Positions 10,352 to 20,403 of a stretch of DNA of 64,000 nt are shown here, one piece after another. Position numbers and translations under genes: made by a program. The stretch is from an uncultured Bacteroidales bacterium (GTDB lineage: Bacteria > Bacteroidota > Bacteroidia > Bacteroidales > B18-G4): contig CAVWDP010000003.1 in the NCBI GenBank assembly GCA_963753835.1, positions 162,276-226,275 of the forward strand, given 5' to 3'. The notes beneath the pieces are model-generated. The model was not told the origin of the DNA and did not search any database. It saw only the letters and a list, made by a program, of their open reading frames with translations. Each line of letters starts with the position of its first letter. Position 1 is the stretch's first letter.

Positions 10352-11101
10352 TCAGTCTCTTAGCCTTCGGCCAGTGAGGTGTAAAAACACGCTCTCCAGG
10401 TCGGTATATTCTTCATTACTTTTAATGATGTCGCCTGTTTTTCCATGGATGATCACTTCTCCGTGATCAATGATGGCAATAGAATCACAAAGGTTTTCAG
10501 CTTCTTCCAGGTAGTGGGAGGTATAAATGATCGTAGTACCTGCACGGTTAATTTCATGAAGGAATTCAAGGATCATGCTTCTTGATTGTACATCCACGCC
10601 TGTTGTGGGTTCATCAAGGATGAGAATTTCGGGTCGGTGAAGGATTCCGGCCACCAGATTGATCCTTCTTTTCATCCCCCCGGAATAAGTCCTGATTGCT
10701 TTGTGGCCATTGTTTGCAAGGCCAACCATTTCCAGGCATTCTTCGATCCGCTTTTTCATCTCCCTGCCTCTCAAACCATACATTTCTGCAATAAACCGCA
10801 GGTTTTCCCTGGCAGAAAGGGTTTCATACAGCGCAATTTCCTGGGGTACCAGGCCGATCATTTGCCTGATCTTCCGGTACTTATTTTCAAGTCGCATACC
10901 GTTGATGAACACGCTACCACTGTCGTAGTTCAATAGTCCGCAAATAATACTGATGCTTGTTGTTTTGCCGGCTCCGTTTGGTCCCAGCAAACCAAATCTT
11001 GCATGTAGTGGTATTTCCAGGCTGATTTCTTTTACGGCCGGGACAATATTGCCCCGGTATGTCTTGGAAATGCTTTCGAGCCGTATAGCAATTTTATCCA
11101 T
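10352..11101 (-). CDS. ABC transporter ATP-binding protein
   Basis: GPNGAGKTT, YSGGMKRR, LDEPT. Confidence 0.95.
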   Translation of the reverse strand: MDKIAIRLESISKTYRGNIVPAVKEISLEIPLHARFGLLGPNGAGKTTSISIICGLLNYDSGSVFINGMRLENKYRKIRQMIGLVPQEIALYETLSARENLRFIAEMYGLRGREMKKRIEECLEMVGLANNGHKAIRTYSGGMKRRINLVAGILHRPEILILDEPTTGVDVQSRSMILEFLHEINRAGTTIIYTSHYLEEAENLCDSIAIIDHGEVIIHGKTGDIIKSNEEYTDLESVFLHLTGRRLRD

Positions 11102-12120
11102 CAGCCTTGCTTGATCTTGCTAAGTTTTTTAAAAATCTTTTCTTCCTTGTCAGCAATATCCATGAGGATTTCCGCGGCAGCAACATAGGATTCTTCTTTT
11201 CGGCCTCTTCCCTTAAATATCCTCCCTGCAATGATGGCAAATTCACGCCAGCGATCACCCACTTCAGTCATTTCTGCTGAGCAATCATTGAGCCAGTCCT
11301 GTTTAAGTTTCCCTGCTGCTTCTTGCAGGAAGGCAGCATACATAAAACGAAAGCCGGCACCACCGGTCCCGATCTCTTCCAGCATGCGCACTACCTGCCC
11401 GAGGTACAGGGATGCTTTTTTCTTACCAAGCTTATCCGGCCATTTTTTCATTCGTCTTGCCATATAGCGGATGCCTTTAACACCAAAAAGCGGGATGGGA
11501 ATCGTAAGCATTTGCCTGCTGGTTTTCCTGATCCCATGTATAATGGCTTTATTGAGATCATAGTTTGCCGGCACATCCTTCATATAATACATTCTCCCCT
11601 TCGGGGGATAAGTACCTTTTGCATAGCGTACTCGCTTCAGATCATTATAGGTCAGGCTAACAGGGGTTTCCATGATGGGGTCGCTGATGATGTATTCGTC
11701 GCCTGTCTTTCCATAAACAACAAGGTTATGGGCATTGAAATGAAATCGGTATGGATCGGGGAAATAGGTGAGGTGGAAAACACCAACAAGGCATCCAACG
11801 GGGATCCCCCTGGCAAGAATCTCATCGAGGGCATCCATGGCCTCTTCAGCTTTACCCGGGAACTTATGTCGCTGGATTTTAACACCCAACGAACGGCAAA
11901 CCCTGTTAAAGATCATGCCGGGGTATGGCCGAAAAGAAATCACCGGTAAGCCGTTCAGTTTATAAAAAGGCATGTAGGAGAAGAATATTCCAGAACCCAG
12001 GCCAAAAACCATAGCTTCACTCAGGTCGACTCCGTAATGTTGGAGGAGGTTTGAGGTCACTCCGTTTTCACAATGTGCCGCCTGGTGGTGTTTGAATTCG
12101 ATGCTAATATCTTTACTCAT
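11101..12120 (-). CDS. BtrH N-terminal/DUF4872 peptidase-like protein
   Basis: HQAAHCENG, FHFNAHN, EEIGTGGAGFR. Confidence 0.85.
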   Translation of the reverse strand: MSKDISIEFKHHQAAHCENGVTSNLLQHYGVDLSEAMVFGLGSGIFFSYMPFYKLNGLPVISFRPYPGMIFNRVCRSLGVKIQRHKFPGKAEEAMDALDEILARGIPVGCLVGVFHLTYFPDPYRFHFNAHNLVVYGKTGDEYIISDPIMETPVSLTYNDLKRVRYAKGTYPPKGRMYYMKDVPANYDLNKAIIHGIRKTSRQMLTIPIPLFGVKGIRYMARRMKKWPDKLGKKKASLYLGQVVRMLEEIGTGGAGFRFMYAAFLQEAAGKLKQDWLNDCSAEMTEVGDRWREFAIIAGRIFKGRGRKEESYVAAAEILMDIADKEEKIFKKLSKIKQG

Positions 12121-12533
12121 TATGCCTCTTGCAGTTGTTTGATGTTTGTAAATTCTTCAACGGACAAATTAAACACTTCAGCATATTTTTTGAGTGTTGC
12201 TTCGTCAAGGTGCTCAAAGATGGATGGTTTCAGGTGTTTTTTTATCTTTCTTCTCGGGATACCTGTATATTGCGACAGCAACTTGATGGCCATGATGTTT
12301 TTTTCCATATGCCAGGACAGGATGCTGCTTTTGCCTTCCAGTACAGCCAGGCGGGCGGCTTCAACTTTTTCATTTACTTCATCCCATGCCTGTTGAAGGG
12401 CTGCATTTTTAGGTGTCCAGCCCGTACTGAGCACGGTAACATATTTACCTTTTTCATCAACCGCATAACACATGTCGCGGAATTTCCCTTGCTGCAAACC
12501 TTCATCGTCCTGTGGTACTTCGTGCTTTTTCAC
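12120..12533 (-). CDS. Conserved hypothetical protein of dar/flexirubin clusters (C-terminal HTH-like)
   Basis: MKKHEVPQD...YAVDEKGKY...STGW...; abuts both neighbours. Confidence 0.7.
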   Translation of the reverse strand: MKKHEVPQDDEGLQQGKFRDMCYAVDEKGKYVTVLSTGWTPKNAALQQAWDEVNEKVEAARLAVLEGKSSILSWHMEKNIMAIKLLSQYTGIPRRKIKKHLKPSIFEHLDEATLKKYAEVFNLSVEEFTNIKQLQEA

Positions 12534-12985
12534 GATTCCTTTATCTCCTGGTTTTCTGTGATAAATATTTTTAATTCTGCTTCAGCAAGGACTTCTTCTC
12601 CTGCCTTCATGATAGCTTTGACCATGGTGGCGTTAAAGACCTCTGCTAAAATGATGATCTCTGTTTCAATATGCGTATTCACACAAGGTAGCTGAAAAAG
12701 TTTAAAATTCTTCACAGCCCCGATTACTCCGACCGGAGGCCTGAAGCTTTGTTGTCTATCATTTTCCCTGTGTGTGATCCAGCCTGTACGCAAAGCTGCC
12801 GACTGTGCCATGTTCTCAAGTATCCCTGCTTCCAGCAAACGGCCATTACTCATAAAAAGATTATCATCTGTAACCGTAAATCCAGTAAGTGTCCGCTGAT
12901 CATCATGGTCAATAAGGGTATCAACCATAACCATGGGCGGACGTTGAGGGATTAGTTTCGTAACCGTTTCGCTTGATGCTAGCAT
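12530..12985 (-). CDS. Hotdog-fold 3-hydroxyacyl-ACP dehydratase (ApeP-like)
   Basis: LIPQRPPMVMVD, GILENMAQS. Confidence 0.88.
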   Translation of the reverse strand: MLASSETVTKLIPQRPPMVMVDTLIDHDDQRTLTGFTVTDDNLFMSNGRLLEAGILENMAQSAALRTGWITHRENDRQQSFRPPVGVIGAVKNFKLFQLPCVNTHIETEIIILAEVFNATMVKAIMKAGEEVLAEAELKIFITENQEIKES

Positions 12986-13003
12986 ACATTATTAATCTGA
13001 GGG

Positions 13004-13011
13004 CAAAGATA
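13004..13011 (-). promoter_or_regulatory. -7 promoter element (TATCTTTG)
   Basis: TAnnTTTG upstream of the 12985 start. Confidence 0.55.
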
Positions 13012-13083
13012 AGAAGATAATAGGTTCAGTGTTCAGGGTGCAGGCTAATTAGCGCCCAATGCCCAACGCCCAACGCCTACTGC

Positions 13084-14235
13084 CTAAACAGCTGTAAGCA
13101 ATGCATAGACATATGAGAAGCGGGCGCTTTCAGGGACCATGCATAGTATGCGATCACCTTTTTTGAGCTTATCCGAATGAAATAATTCTTCAAGCATAAA
13201 ATAAATCGATGCTGCGCCAACATTTCCAAGATTTTTCAGGTTAGTGAACCATTTTTCCTGTGGGATAGGGATATTGGTTCTGATGAGTTCTTCCTCAATG
13301 CGTCCACGGAAATATTCGGAAGAAATGTGTGGCAGAAACCACTCAATATCATTCATATCCAGCCCCCTTCTTTCTTTTATATCGAGAAAGAACTTATTTC
13401 CAACCGGAACGATGTTTTCTCCCAGAAGGTCAACATCCTGCCGGAGAGAAAGGAGTGTTTTCTCCAGTATTTCGTCAGCCGGGTAATCGCGCCATCCTTT
13501 AAAGTCACCATCTGCTGTTTTTTCTCCCCCGGCATACATGCATGTTTCCAGCTGATTGGCATATGAAGCACTTTCGATCCAGTCGATCCTTAACGAAAGC
13601 CCGTCTTTATTCGGTTCGGGTGAAAGCAAGGCCGCTCCAGCACCATCAGAAAGCATCCAGCGAAGAAAATCTTTTTCAAAGGCTACGATGGGTTCTTTTT
13701 CAATTTCAGCTCTTTTATCTGGTTCTTTTTTGAAGTTTTTAGCCAGCATCCAGGAGGAGAATTTTTCTGAACCGGCACTGACAGCACGTTGTCGCTCACC
13801 GGCCAGGATGGCAAGGTAGGCAAAACGCATAGAGTGCATGCCTGAAGCGCAAGATCCGGCTGGGGAAAGTATTTCTACCGGCTTATTCATTAGCTTTCCA
13901 TGGACCTGAGAGGTATGTGATGGCAATAATTGATCAGGAGATGTGGTGCCGCATGCCAGGAGATCAATATCTTCAGACCCAAAACCGTCACCGAAGAGAC
14001 CCTTGATAGCCTCTACAGTTAATTCGGCATTGCTGTGTGTTGAATTTCCATTCTTATCGAGGGCGTAATAGCGTGTTTTGATCTGGTTATTCCTCAGGAT
14101 AATGGGCTTTGCCTTTGAGGGTGTACCCCCTACCATCCCCAGGTATTGTTCCATCTGCTCATTGCTTATTGCCTCGTTCGGAAGGAATTTTGATAAGCGA
14201 TTAATATATACCGTATCTGGCTTTTTCTGTTCCAT
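13084..14235 (-). CDS. darB: DarB-type beta-ketoacyl-ACP synthase III
   Basis: AGSCASG, FEKDFLRWMLSDGAGA, PHISSEYF, WFTNL..GNVGAAS, VPESARFS. Confidence 0.88.
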   Translation of the reverse strand: MEQKKPDTVYINRLSKFLPNEAISNEQMEQYLGMVGGTPSKAKPIILRNNQIKTRYYALDKNGNSTHSNAELTVEAIKGLFGDGFGSEDIDLLACGTTSPDQLLPSHTSQVHGKLMNKPVEILSPAGSCASGMHSMRFAYLAILAGERQRAVSAGSEKFSSWMLAKNFKKEPDKRAEIEKEPIVAFEKDFLRWMLSDGAGAALLSPEPNKDGLSLRIDWIESASYANQLETCMYAGGEKTADGDFKGWRDYPADEILEKTLLSLRQDVDLLGENIVPVGNKFFLDIKERRGLDMNDIEWFLPHISSEYFRGRIEEELIRTNIPIPQEKWFTNLKNLGNVGAASIYFMLEELFHSDKLKKGDRILCMVPESARFSYVYALLTAV

Positions 14236-14260
14236 ATCTCCAACTGATCAATCTGTTTGG

Positions 14261-14268
14261 CAAAGTTA
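14261..14268 (-). promoter_or_regulatory. -7 promoter element (TAACTTTG) upstream of darB
   Basis: TAnnTTTG consensus. Confidence 0.55.
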
Positions 14269-14310
14269 AAATGTTTTATGGTTCCCGGCCCAATATTATA
14301 TAAGCAGGCC

Positions 14311-14529
14311 CTACTCCTTATTGGTTGTGCCTTCGTAAAGATCAGTGAAAACCCCGTCAAGAGGTTCCCATAATTCGATCTTGTTATTTTCAGGATCAAG
14401 GATGTGCACAAACTTTCCATACTCATAAGTTTTCAGACCAAGATGTTGCTGATACCACTCTTTGATCTTCTCGGGATCTTGACACTTAAAAAAGATTCCG
14501 CCAATACCCTTTGCTTTTCCGCTGCTCAT
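14311..14529 (-). CDS. Half-length VOC/glyoxalase-family protein (internally deleted, possibly a pseudogene)
   Basis: GIGGIFFK..DP....WY...LG joined directly to YGKFVHILDPENNKIELWEP. Confidence 0.75.
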   Translation of the reverse strand: MSSGKAKGIGGIFFKCQDPEKIKEWYQQHLGLKTYEYGKFVHILDPENNKIELWEPLDGVFTDLYEGTTNKE

Positions 14530-14531
14530 GA

Positions 14532-15149
14532 TTAATGATCTTTATATCCCTTAACACCTGCCGGGATGGGAATGTTCAGATGGTTGGGCTCGGGGGGTAT
14601 GGGGCAGGAATATTTATGATTGTAAGCACAGTAAGGATTATAAGCTTTGTTAAAGTCAATAATGATGGTTTCTCCCTCGGGGATCTTGAGATCGATAAAC
14701 CTTCCTCCACCATAGGATCCCTCACCACATGTAAGGTCTTTGAATGGCAGGAAGAGATGCTCTTTGAATTCCTCAATCTGTTTTGCCTTATCACTTTGGT
14801 AGATCTCTAGTATAATATCTTCACCCCTCAGGCTAAAATGGGCCTCACCATATTTTACATAAATGGGTTTGCGATCAGTGGTGGTTTCCATCTCGAATGG
14901 TTCCGGATCCGGATTAAATATGAAGCGGGCCTCCACTAAATAATCTTTATCAGCCGGATAAAAATCCAAACCCTCAAAGTGCTCCAGGCCTTCTTTTGTT
15001 AATGGACTGGTGGCCGAATCAGCAAATTCCTTGTTTATTTCTATGCGGTGGATCTCTATACTTTCATTGTATGCTTCGTCGATGGGACTGCTACATGAGA
15101 TGATCATGAAGATCATGAATGCAATGGGAAAAAAGCTTTTCGTTTTCAT
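14532..15149 (-). CDS. DUF1684 lipoprotein
   Basis: LFLPFKDLT, YGGGRFID, IDFNKAYNPYCAY...SCPIPP. Confidence 0.92.
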   Translation of the reverse strand: MKTKSFFPIAFMIFMIISCSSPIDEAYNESIEIHRIEINKEFADSATSPLTKEGLEHFEGLDFYPADKDYLVEARFIFNPDPEPFEMETTTDRKPIYVKYGEAHFSLRGEDIILEIYQSDKAKQIEEFKEHLFLPFKDLTCGEGSYGGGRFIDLKIPEGETIIIDFNKAYNPYCAYNHKYSCPIPPEPNHLNIPIPAGVKGYKDH

Positions 15150-15195
15150 AAGAAATGGGTTTGGGGTTTCCAGCCCGATAAGTTTGGAAACCCGT

Positions 15196-16122
15196 CTATA
15201 ATTTATTGTGTGAATAGTAATTTACAGTCTTTCTGGTGTTGCGGTAATTCAGCTTATGAATGAGCCAGACGATCACACTCCCGATGGGAGAAACCAGGTA
15301 TATCACTGTAAAGAGGTAGACACGGAACATCTTTAAGCGCCCCTCCCTGGCCGGGTCTCCGGCACTGCCTTTTTTCAGAACAAACTTCGACCATGGCTTG
15401 AACATCATAAAACCACGCTGTTCAATGGTCATCAAAACAGCTTTGATCTTTATAGCTCCACGATCCAGAAGTGCATCTTGTAATGACGAAAGCTCATTAT
15501 TCCTGAAAGCATCCTGAATGATAATCCCAAACTTGCCAGACTCCCGGATGTCTTTCGGATCCACTCCGGCCTTTGGAAACAATTTGCCATATAATCCTTT
15601 TCCATGCTTCTCACCTTTAAGCATCCACCGTACAATGGTAATGACACTCACCAGGTTGTGATGTTTATCGACCAGGGCTATATTGCCAATTAAGTTTCCG
15701 CCCAGGTCGGCGATCCTCTTCTTCACTCTTTGTTGTGCCATGATCCACATATTGCGGCATCCGAGGATGGTGATCACAGGCTTTCCCGCCAGGACCTTTG
15801 CAGCGGCTTCTGATTGAAGAAAGGCTGTGAATGGGATGGGTGGAGATAAATACCAGGGTTGATAGGCAAGTATGATCAGGTCAAAATCTTCATCAGGGTC
15901 AAAGGCAAAGTCTTCCAGCCGGCATGGGATTTCCTGAACAGATTCGGGGAATGCCTGGTAAAACGACATTCCCTTCCAGGGGAAAGGAAATGCCGGGACG
16001 GGCACCAGTTCTTCAAATGTGAACTCAAAGTCGTCCTGCATTGGGCTGCAAACCGAATCGATGATATCCTTTAGCTGCCCGCTTTGTGTATAATAGACGA
16101 TGAGGGCTTTTTTCTTCCTCAT
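15196..16122 (-). CDS. darA: Dialkylresorcinol-condensing enzyme DarA
   Basis: YYTQSGQL, FPFPW, YQPWYLSP, CRNMWIMAQ, NLVSVITIVRW, AGV. Confidence 0.88.
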   Translation of the reverse strand: MRKKKALIVYYTQSGQLKDIIDSVCSPMQDDFEFTFEELVPVPAFPFPWKGMSFYQAFPESVQEIPCRLEDFAFDPDEDFDLIILAYQPWYLSPPIPFTAFLQSEAAAKVLAGKPVITILGCRNMWIMAQQRVKKRIADLGGNLIGNIALVDKHHNLVSVITIVRWMLKGEKHGKGLYGKLFPKAGVDPKDIRESGKFGIIIQDAFRNNELSSLQDALLDRGAIKIKAVLMTIEQRGFMMFKPWSKFVLKKGSAGDPAREGRLKMFRVYLFTVIYLVSPIGSVIVWLIHKLNYRNTRKTVNYYSHNKL

Positions 16123-17186
16123 TTTTTACATCTTAAAATAGTATGGCTTACACCCACGTCCTCAATCATCTCAACTACCCTTAATCCGGCCTTTTCTACC
16201 AGGCGATGCATGTCTTCAGAATGGTACATGCGGCTGTTGCCATTTGCAATGCAGGTGAAATATAAGGAGGTTGCGTGCAAGCTGTATGTTGAAGCATCGA
16301 AACGCTGTTTATCCCAGAGGGTCTCCATAATGAAAAGCTCCGCATTTTCGTCCATGGCATCCCTGGCATTGCTCACCAAATTAACGATCTCTTCTTCAGA
16401 AAAGCAGTCGAGGAACTGGCTCATCCATATGATGTCAAAGCCCCTGGGGTAAGGTTTTGAAAAGTCGAGCAGGTTAATGGGATAAGTCTTTATGCGGGCA
16501 TCAAAAGCCCGCTCACTGATATTTTTTTCGGCATCTTGCAGCTGCCCGGGCAGATCAAGAATAGTGACCTCCACATCCTCGCTATATTCTGCGCATTTGA
16601 TGGCAAACTTACCTGTGTTGCCACCAACATCCATGATCTTTTTGGGATTGTTCTTGAAGATGACCGGCATCACCTGTGGGAAAGATGTGTCGGAATAATA
16701 ATGATCGAAACCAAACCAGCTTTCACGAAATTCATCCGACATTTCAGCAAGTGCCTCATAAACTGTTGGCCAGGGGCCAAATTCATGGTGAAGGCCTGAG
16801 GGCTTCCCTTCTTTTATCGCTTCCTGTAAATGATAAAAGCCCTTATAATTCACGTCGTGTGAGAAGTCCATGTTTACCCGTGTAAGCTGATCAACACCCA
16901 AGAAATACCCGGTTTTAGTGAGATAGTATTTGTCGTCTTTCACCATGATCATCTCCAGGCTCAACCCGGCCTCCAGAAGTACGAGTGCGCCATATTCAGA
17001 GATTTGTGCGTGGGAAGCGATTTCTTCAAGGGTGCTGCCCTCTTTATGCTTTCTCAGGAAAGAAAGGATCTTCAAATCACGCAGTGCCTTTGCTGCCTGG
17101 AACATGATGGGCGCAAAAGCGATTTTTTGTGCATCACTCTTGGCATCCAGGGCAGACTTATTGTCGTCACCGTAATTTCTTGCCAT
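16119..17186 (-). CDS. SAM-dependent methyltransferase (O-MT family)
   Basis: AQKIAFAP, FDHYYSD, DVGGNTGK, WMSQFLDCF, NGNSRMY; likely start MARNYG. Confidence 0.88.
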   Translation of the reverse strand: MARNYGDDNKSALDAKSDAQKIAFAPIMFQAAKALRDLKILSFLRKHKEGSTLEEIASHAQISEYGALVLLEAGLSLEMIMVKDDKYYLTKTGYFLGVDQLTRVNMDFSHDVNYKGFYHLQEAIKEGKPSGLHHEFGPWPTVYEALAEMSDEFRESWFGFDHYYSDTSFPQVMPVIFKNNPKKIMDVGGNTGKFAIKCAEYSEDVEVTILDLPGQLQDAEKNISERAFDARIKTYPINLLDFSKPYPRGFDIIWMSQFLDCFSEEEIVNLVSNARDAMDENAELFIMETLWDKQRFDASTYSLHATSLYFTCIANGNSRMYHSEDMHRLVEKAGLRVVEMIEDVGVSHTILRCKK

Positions 17187-17203
17187 TATTCTTTGTTTAA
17201 TTG

Positions 17204-18094
17204 TTATTTTTCTTCTTCCCAGAATTTGTGATAATTGAACCACTGCAGTGGGTACTTCCCAATGATGGTCTCCATTTCGCAAATATAATCTTTAATCATT
17301 GGACGAAGATCATGCTCGCTGATCGACCTTTTTGATGCTATTTCGTATTTTTTTGCCGGGCTGGCAAAGAAATGGTAATGCCTGTTTGTTTCTTTCACAG
17401 CAAATACAAAAGTGATCGGCACACCGAATCGTGCAGCAAGATAAAATGGCCCCTCAGGGAACAAGGCTTTTTTACCAAGAAACTCGTGAGGAATGGTTTT
17501 TGAGCCCTCAACAAAACGGTCGGCATGTATAGCCACCAGCTCTTTATTCTCCAGGGCCTCTTTGATGGCCAGCAGGTGCGACAGATCATCCTTCAGTGGT
17601 ATCACATGGAGGTTTTTCTCACTGAGTACATCATCAAGGTAGTTTTTGATCTTCTGATGCTCTTCGTCGAACATCACAATATTAAAACGCTTGTCGAGGC
17701 GGTGCAAAAAGTTTCCTGCGATTTCCCAGCTACCAATATGTGCACTGATCAGCAGGCCTCCATCATCCATATTCCGTAAATGCTCTTCCCCGTCCCAATG
17801 ATAGGTAAATCGCTTTCCCATGCCGGCCATTACTGCCACTTTGTCGATCAGCACCTGTCCGAGCACATAATAATTTTTGTAAATACTCAGGCGTGATCGC
17901 CAGTATCCATAATCAAGGACTTGCCTGAAATAAAAACGGATATGCCTGTTTGACTTTGTTGAAAAGAGAAAGTAATAGAAAGAAACGAAACGCAGAAGAA
18001 AATAGGCCGGTTGAAGGCCGAAAGTTTTAAGAATATAAACAAAGATCCGGTAGCCGGTTAATCCGCCGCGGGTTTTTCCGTCCCAGGATGACAT
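17204..18094 (-). CDS. LpxL/LPLAT-family acyltransferase
   Basis: WDGKTRG, SAHIGSWE, ADR, YPLQWFNY. Confidence 0.9.
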   Translation of the reverse strand: MSSWDGKTRGGLTGYRIFVYILKTFGLQPAYFLLRFVSFYYFLFSTKSNRHIRFYFRQVLDYGYWRSRLSIYKNYYVLGQVLIDKVAVMAGMGKRFTYHWDGEEHLRNMDDGGLLISAHIGSWEIAGNFLHRLDKRFNIVMFDEEHQKIKNYLDDVLSEKNLHVIPLKDDLSHLLAIKEALENKELVAIHADRFVEGSKTIPHEFLGKKALFPEGPFYLAARFGVPITFVFAVKETNRHYHFFASPAKKYEIASKRSISEHDLRPMIKDYICEMETIIGKYPLQWFNYHKFWEEEK

Positions 18095-18096
18095 GT

Positions 18097-18345
18097 TTAA
18101 TTTTGAGATGAATGACGTTGATAGATGAATTCGTGGAATTGCCCGAGTGTCCTCACATTGACCATATCTTCTCCCTTCAGCTTAAAGCCGAATTCTTTTT
18201 CAATGATCACCACAATATCAACAAAATCAAGACTGTCGATGCCGATATCACTCCAGGTAGCATCTGCCTGAACAAGATCCTCTTCAATCTCAAATTCCTC
18301 TACCAGAAAACCGTTAATGAGGTCAACGACTTCATTCTTATCCAT
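18097..18345 (-). CDS. Acyl carrier protein
   Basis: IGIDSLDFVD. Confidence 0.93.
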   Translation of the reverse strand: MDKNEVVDLINGFLVEEFEIEEDLVQADATWSDIGIDSLDFVDIVVIIEKEFGFKLKGEDMVNVRTLGQFHEFIYQRHSSQN

Positions 18346-18377
18346 AATACTACAATTTATACCAGGTATTCATTGCG

Positions 18378-18385
18378 CAAAAGTA
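18378..18385 (-). promoter_or_regulatory. -7 promoter element (TACTTTTG)
   Basis: TAnnTTTG upstream of ACP. Confidence 0.5.
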
Positions 18386-18392
18386 GTGATTA

Positions 18393-19612
18393 TTATTTTA
18401 CTTTTTTAATGATCAGGGTAGAATTGGTGCCCCCGAAACCAAAGGCATTGGAAAGGAATATATCGAAATCCTTTTCGACGGTTTTAATCGGGATATTCAA
18501 CTTAGCTGAATGCTCATCAGGATTTTCAAGATTAATATTAGGCGCGATAAATCCATTTTTCATCATAAGAAGGGAATAAACAACCTCACTGGCCCCTCCC
18601 ATCCACATTTCATGACCGGTCATCGATTTTGTTGAGCTGACTAGGGGCTGCAATTCACCAAAAACTTCATGAATAGCCTGCGCTTCCTTTTCGTCGCCAA
18701 CAGGAGTGGAGGTAGCATGTGCATTGATATAATCAACATCACTTTTATGGATGCCTGCATCATTCAATGCCATGACATGGATTTTACCGGGCCCTGGGTA
18801 TTGGGAACAGAAATATGGTCTCCATTTGAAGAGAATCCATAGCCAATAAGCTCGCCCAATATTGGGGCTCCCCGTTTTATAGCGGAATCATAACTTTCCA
18901 GGATCAGCGTGGCAGCGCCTCCACTGGGGACGAGTCCGTCACGGTCACGATCAAAGGGCCGGGATGCTTTTTGTGGTTCACTTTCATGGGTTGAAAAAGC
19001 ACTGAGGCCATCAAAACTACCCATGGACTCGGGATTGATCTCCTGCCCACCACCTGTGATCACACATTCCTGCAAGCCCTGTTTGATCAGGAGGTATGCC
19101 ATTCCCAGCGAATGGGATCCACTGGCACAGGCTCCGCTCACTGTAAAATTGATTCCCCGCAATTTGAAGATCACGGAAAGGTTCATGCTGATGGTTGAGT
19201 TCATCGACTGAAAGATCGATCCTGATCCCAGCAAAGTAGTGTCTTTCTTTTCCCGCATCAGGTCGATAGCCTCAATTACAGGTACAGAGGAACTGTCGTT
19301 TCCATAAAGGATACCTGCTTCGGTCTTTAACAGATAATCCTGGTCTATTCCTGCATTTTTAAGGGCTTCAAGCGTAGCCACATAGGCATATTTGCCCTGT
19401 TCGGGCAGACCAACACGTGACCGCCTGTCAAGGATTCCTTTCAGATCAGGGCTTTTCAGTATTCCTGTCAGACGTGAGCGGTATCCAAGGGCCTGTCGCT
19501 CCATATCAAGACCAATTCCTGATTTGCCATGATATAATGATTCACGAACTTCATCAAGATTAATTCCGATGGTAGAATAAATACCCATTCCGGTGATCAC
19601 AACGCGTTTCAT
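18393..19612 (-). CDS. Beta-ketoacyl-ACP synthase I/II (one frameshift near 18770)
   Basis: RVVITGMG, SGACASGSH, YINAHATST, STKSMTGHE, NAFGFGG. Confidence 0.92.
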
Positions 19613-19659
19613 ATTCTTTAAAAGAAATTGTTTTTGATCGTCAAAAATAAAAATTATTC

Positions 19660-20392
19660 TCAGGTGCTGATACCGCCATTCACTGAAATCACTTCACCTG
19701 TAATATAGGATGCTCCTTCTGATGCCAGGAAGGCGACAGCGGCTGCAACTTCTTCTGCTTCGCCAAAGCGACCAACAGGGATCAGTCCTTTAAATTGTTT
19801 TTCATCAAGATCATTGGTCATGTCGGTTCTAATAAATCCGGGAGCCACGGCATTAACAGTGACTTTTTTTCTACCAAGTTCTTTGGCGAGTGCCTTGGTG
19901 GCCCCTATAACCCCTGCTTTGGCTGCGCTGTAATTGGTTTGACCGGGCATGCCATCTTTCCCCGACAGGGAAACAATATTGATGATCCGGCCGAATTTGT
20001 TTACGATCATATCCTGCAACAGGGGGCGGGTAACATAATAAAAGCTGTTCAGGTTGGTGTTGATCACTGAGGCCCATTCTTCTTCTTCCATCCACACCAT
20101 CAGGTTATCCTTGCGGATGCCGGCATTATTCACCAAAACCTTGATATATCCATCCTCTTTATGAGCATCCTGCCAGCCTTGGATGGCCTGACTGACTTTT
20201 CTGGCATCGGAAATATCAAAGGGGATCAGTTCTCCACTGCCCCCGGACGATTCTAAAAGCTCAAGTGTTAAGGCAGCCTCTGCTTCATTGGTATTGTAGT
20301 TGATCAGCACATGGTACCCCATATTCTGCCAGGCTGAGGCAGATGGCCCGGCCAATGCCACGTGACCCTCCGGTTACAAGTGCATATTCCAT
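19660..20392 (-). CDS. fabG: 3-oxoacyl-ACP reductase (5' frameshift)
   Basis: MEYALVTGGSRGIG from 20392; NNAGI, YSAAK, VAPGFI. Confidence 0.9.
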
Positions 20393-20403
20393 TACTTTAG
20401 TCA

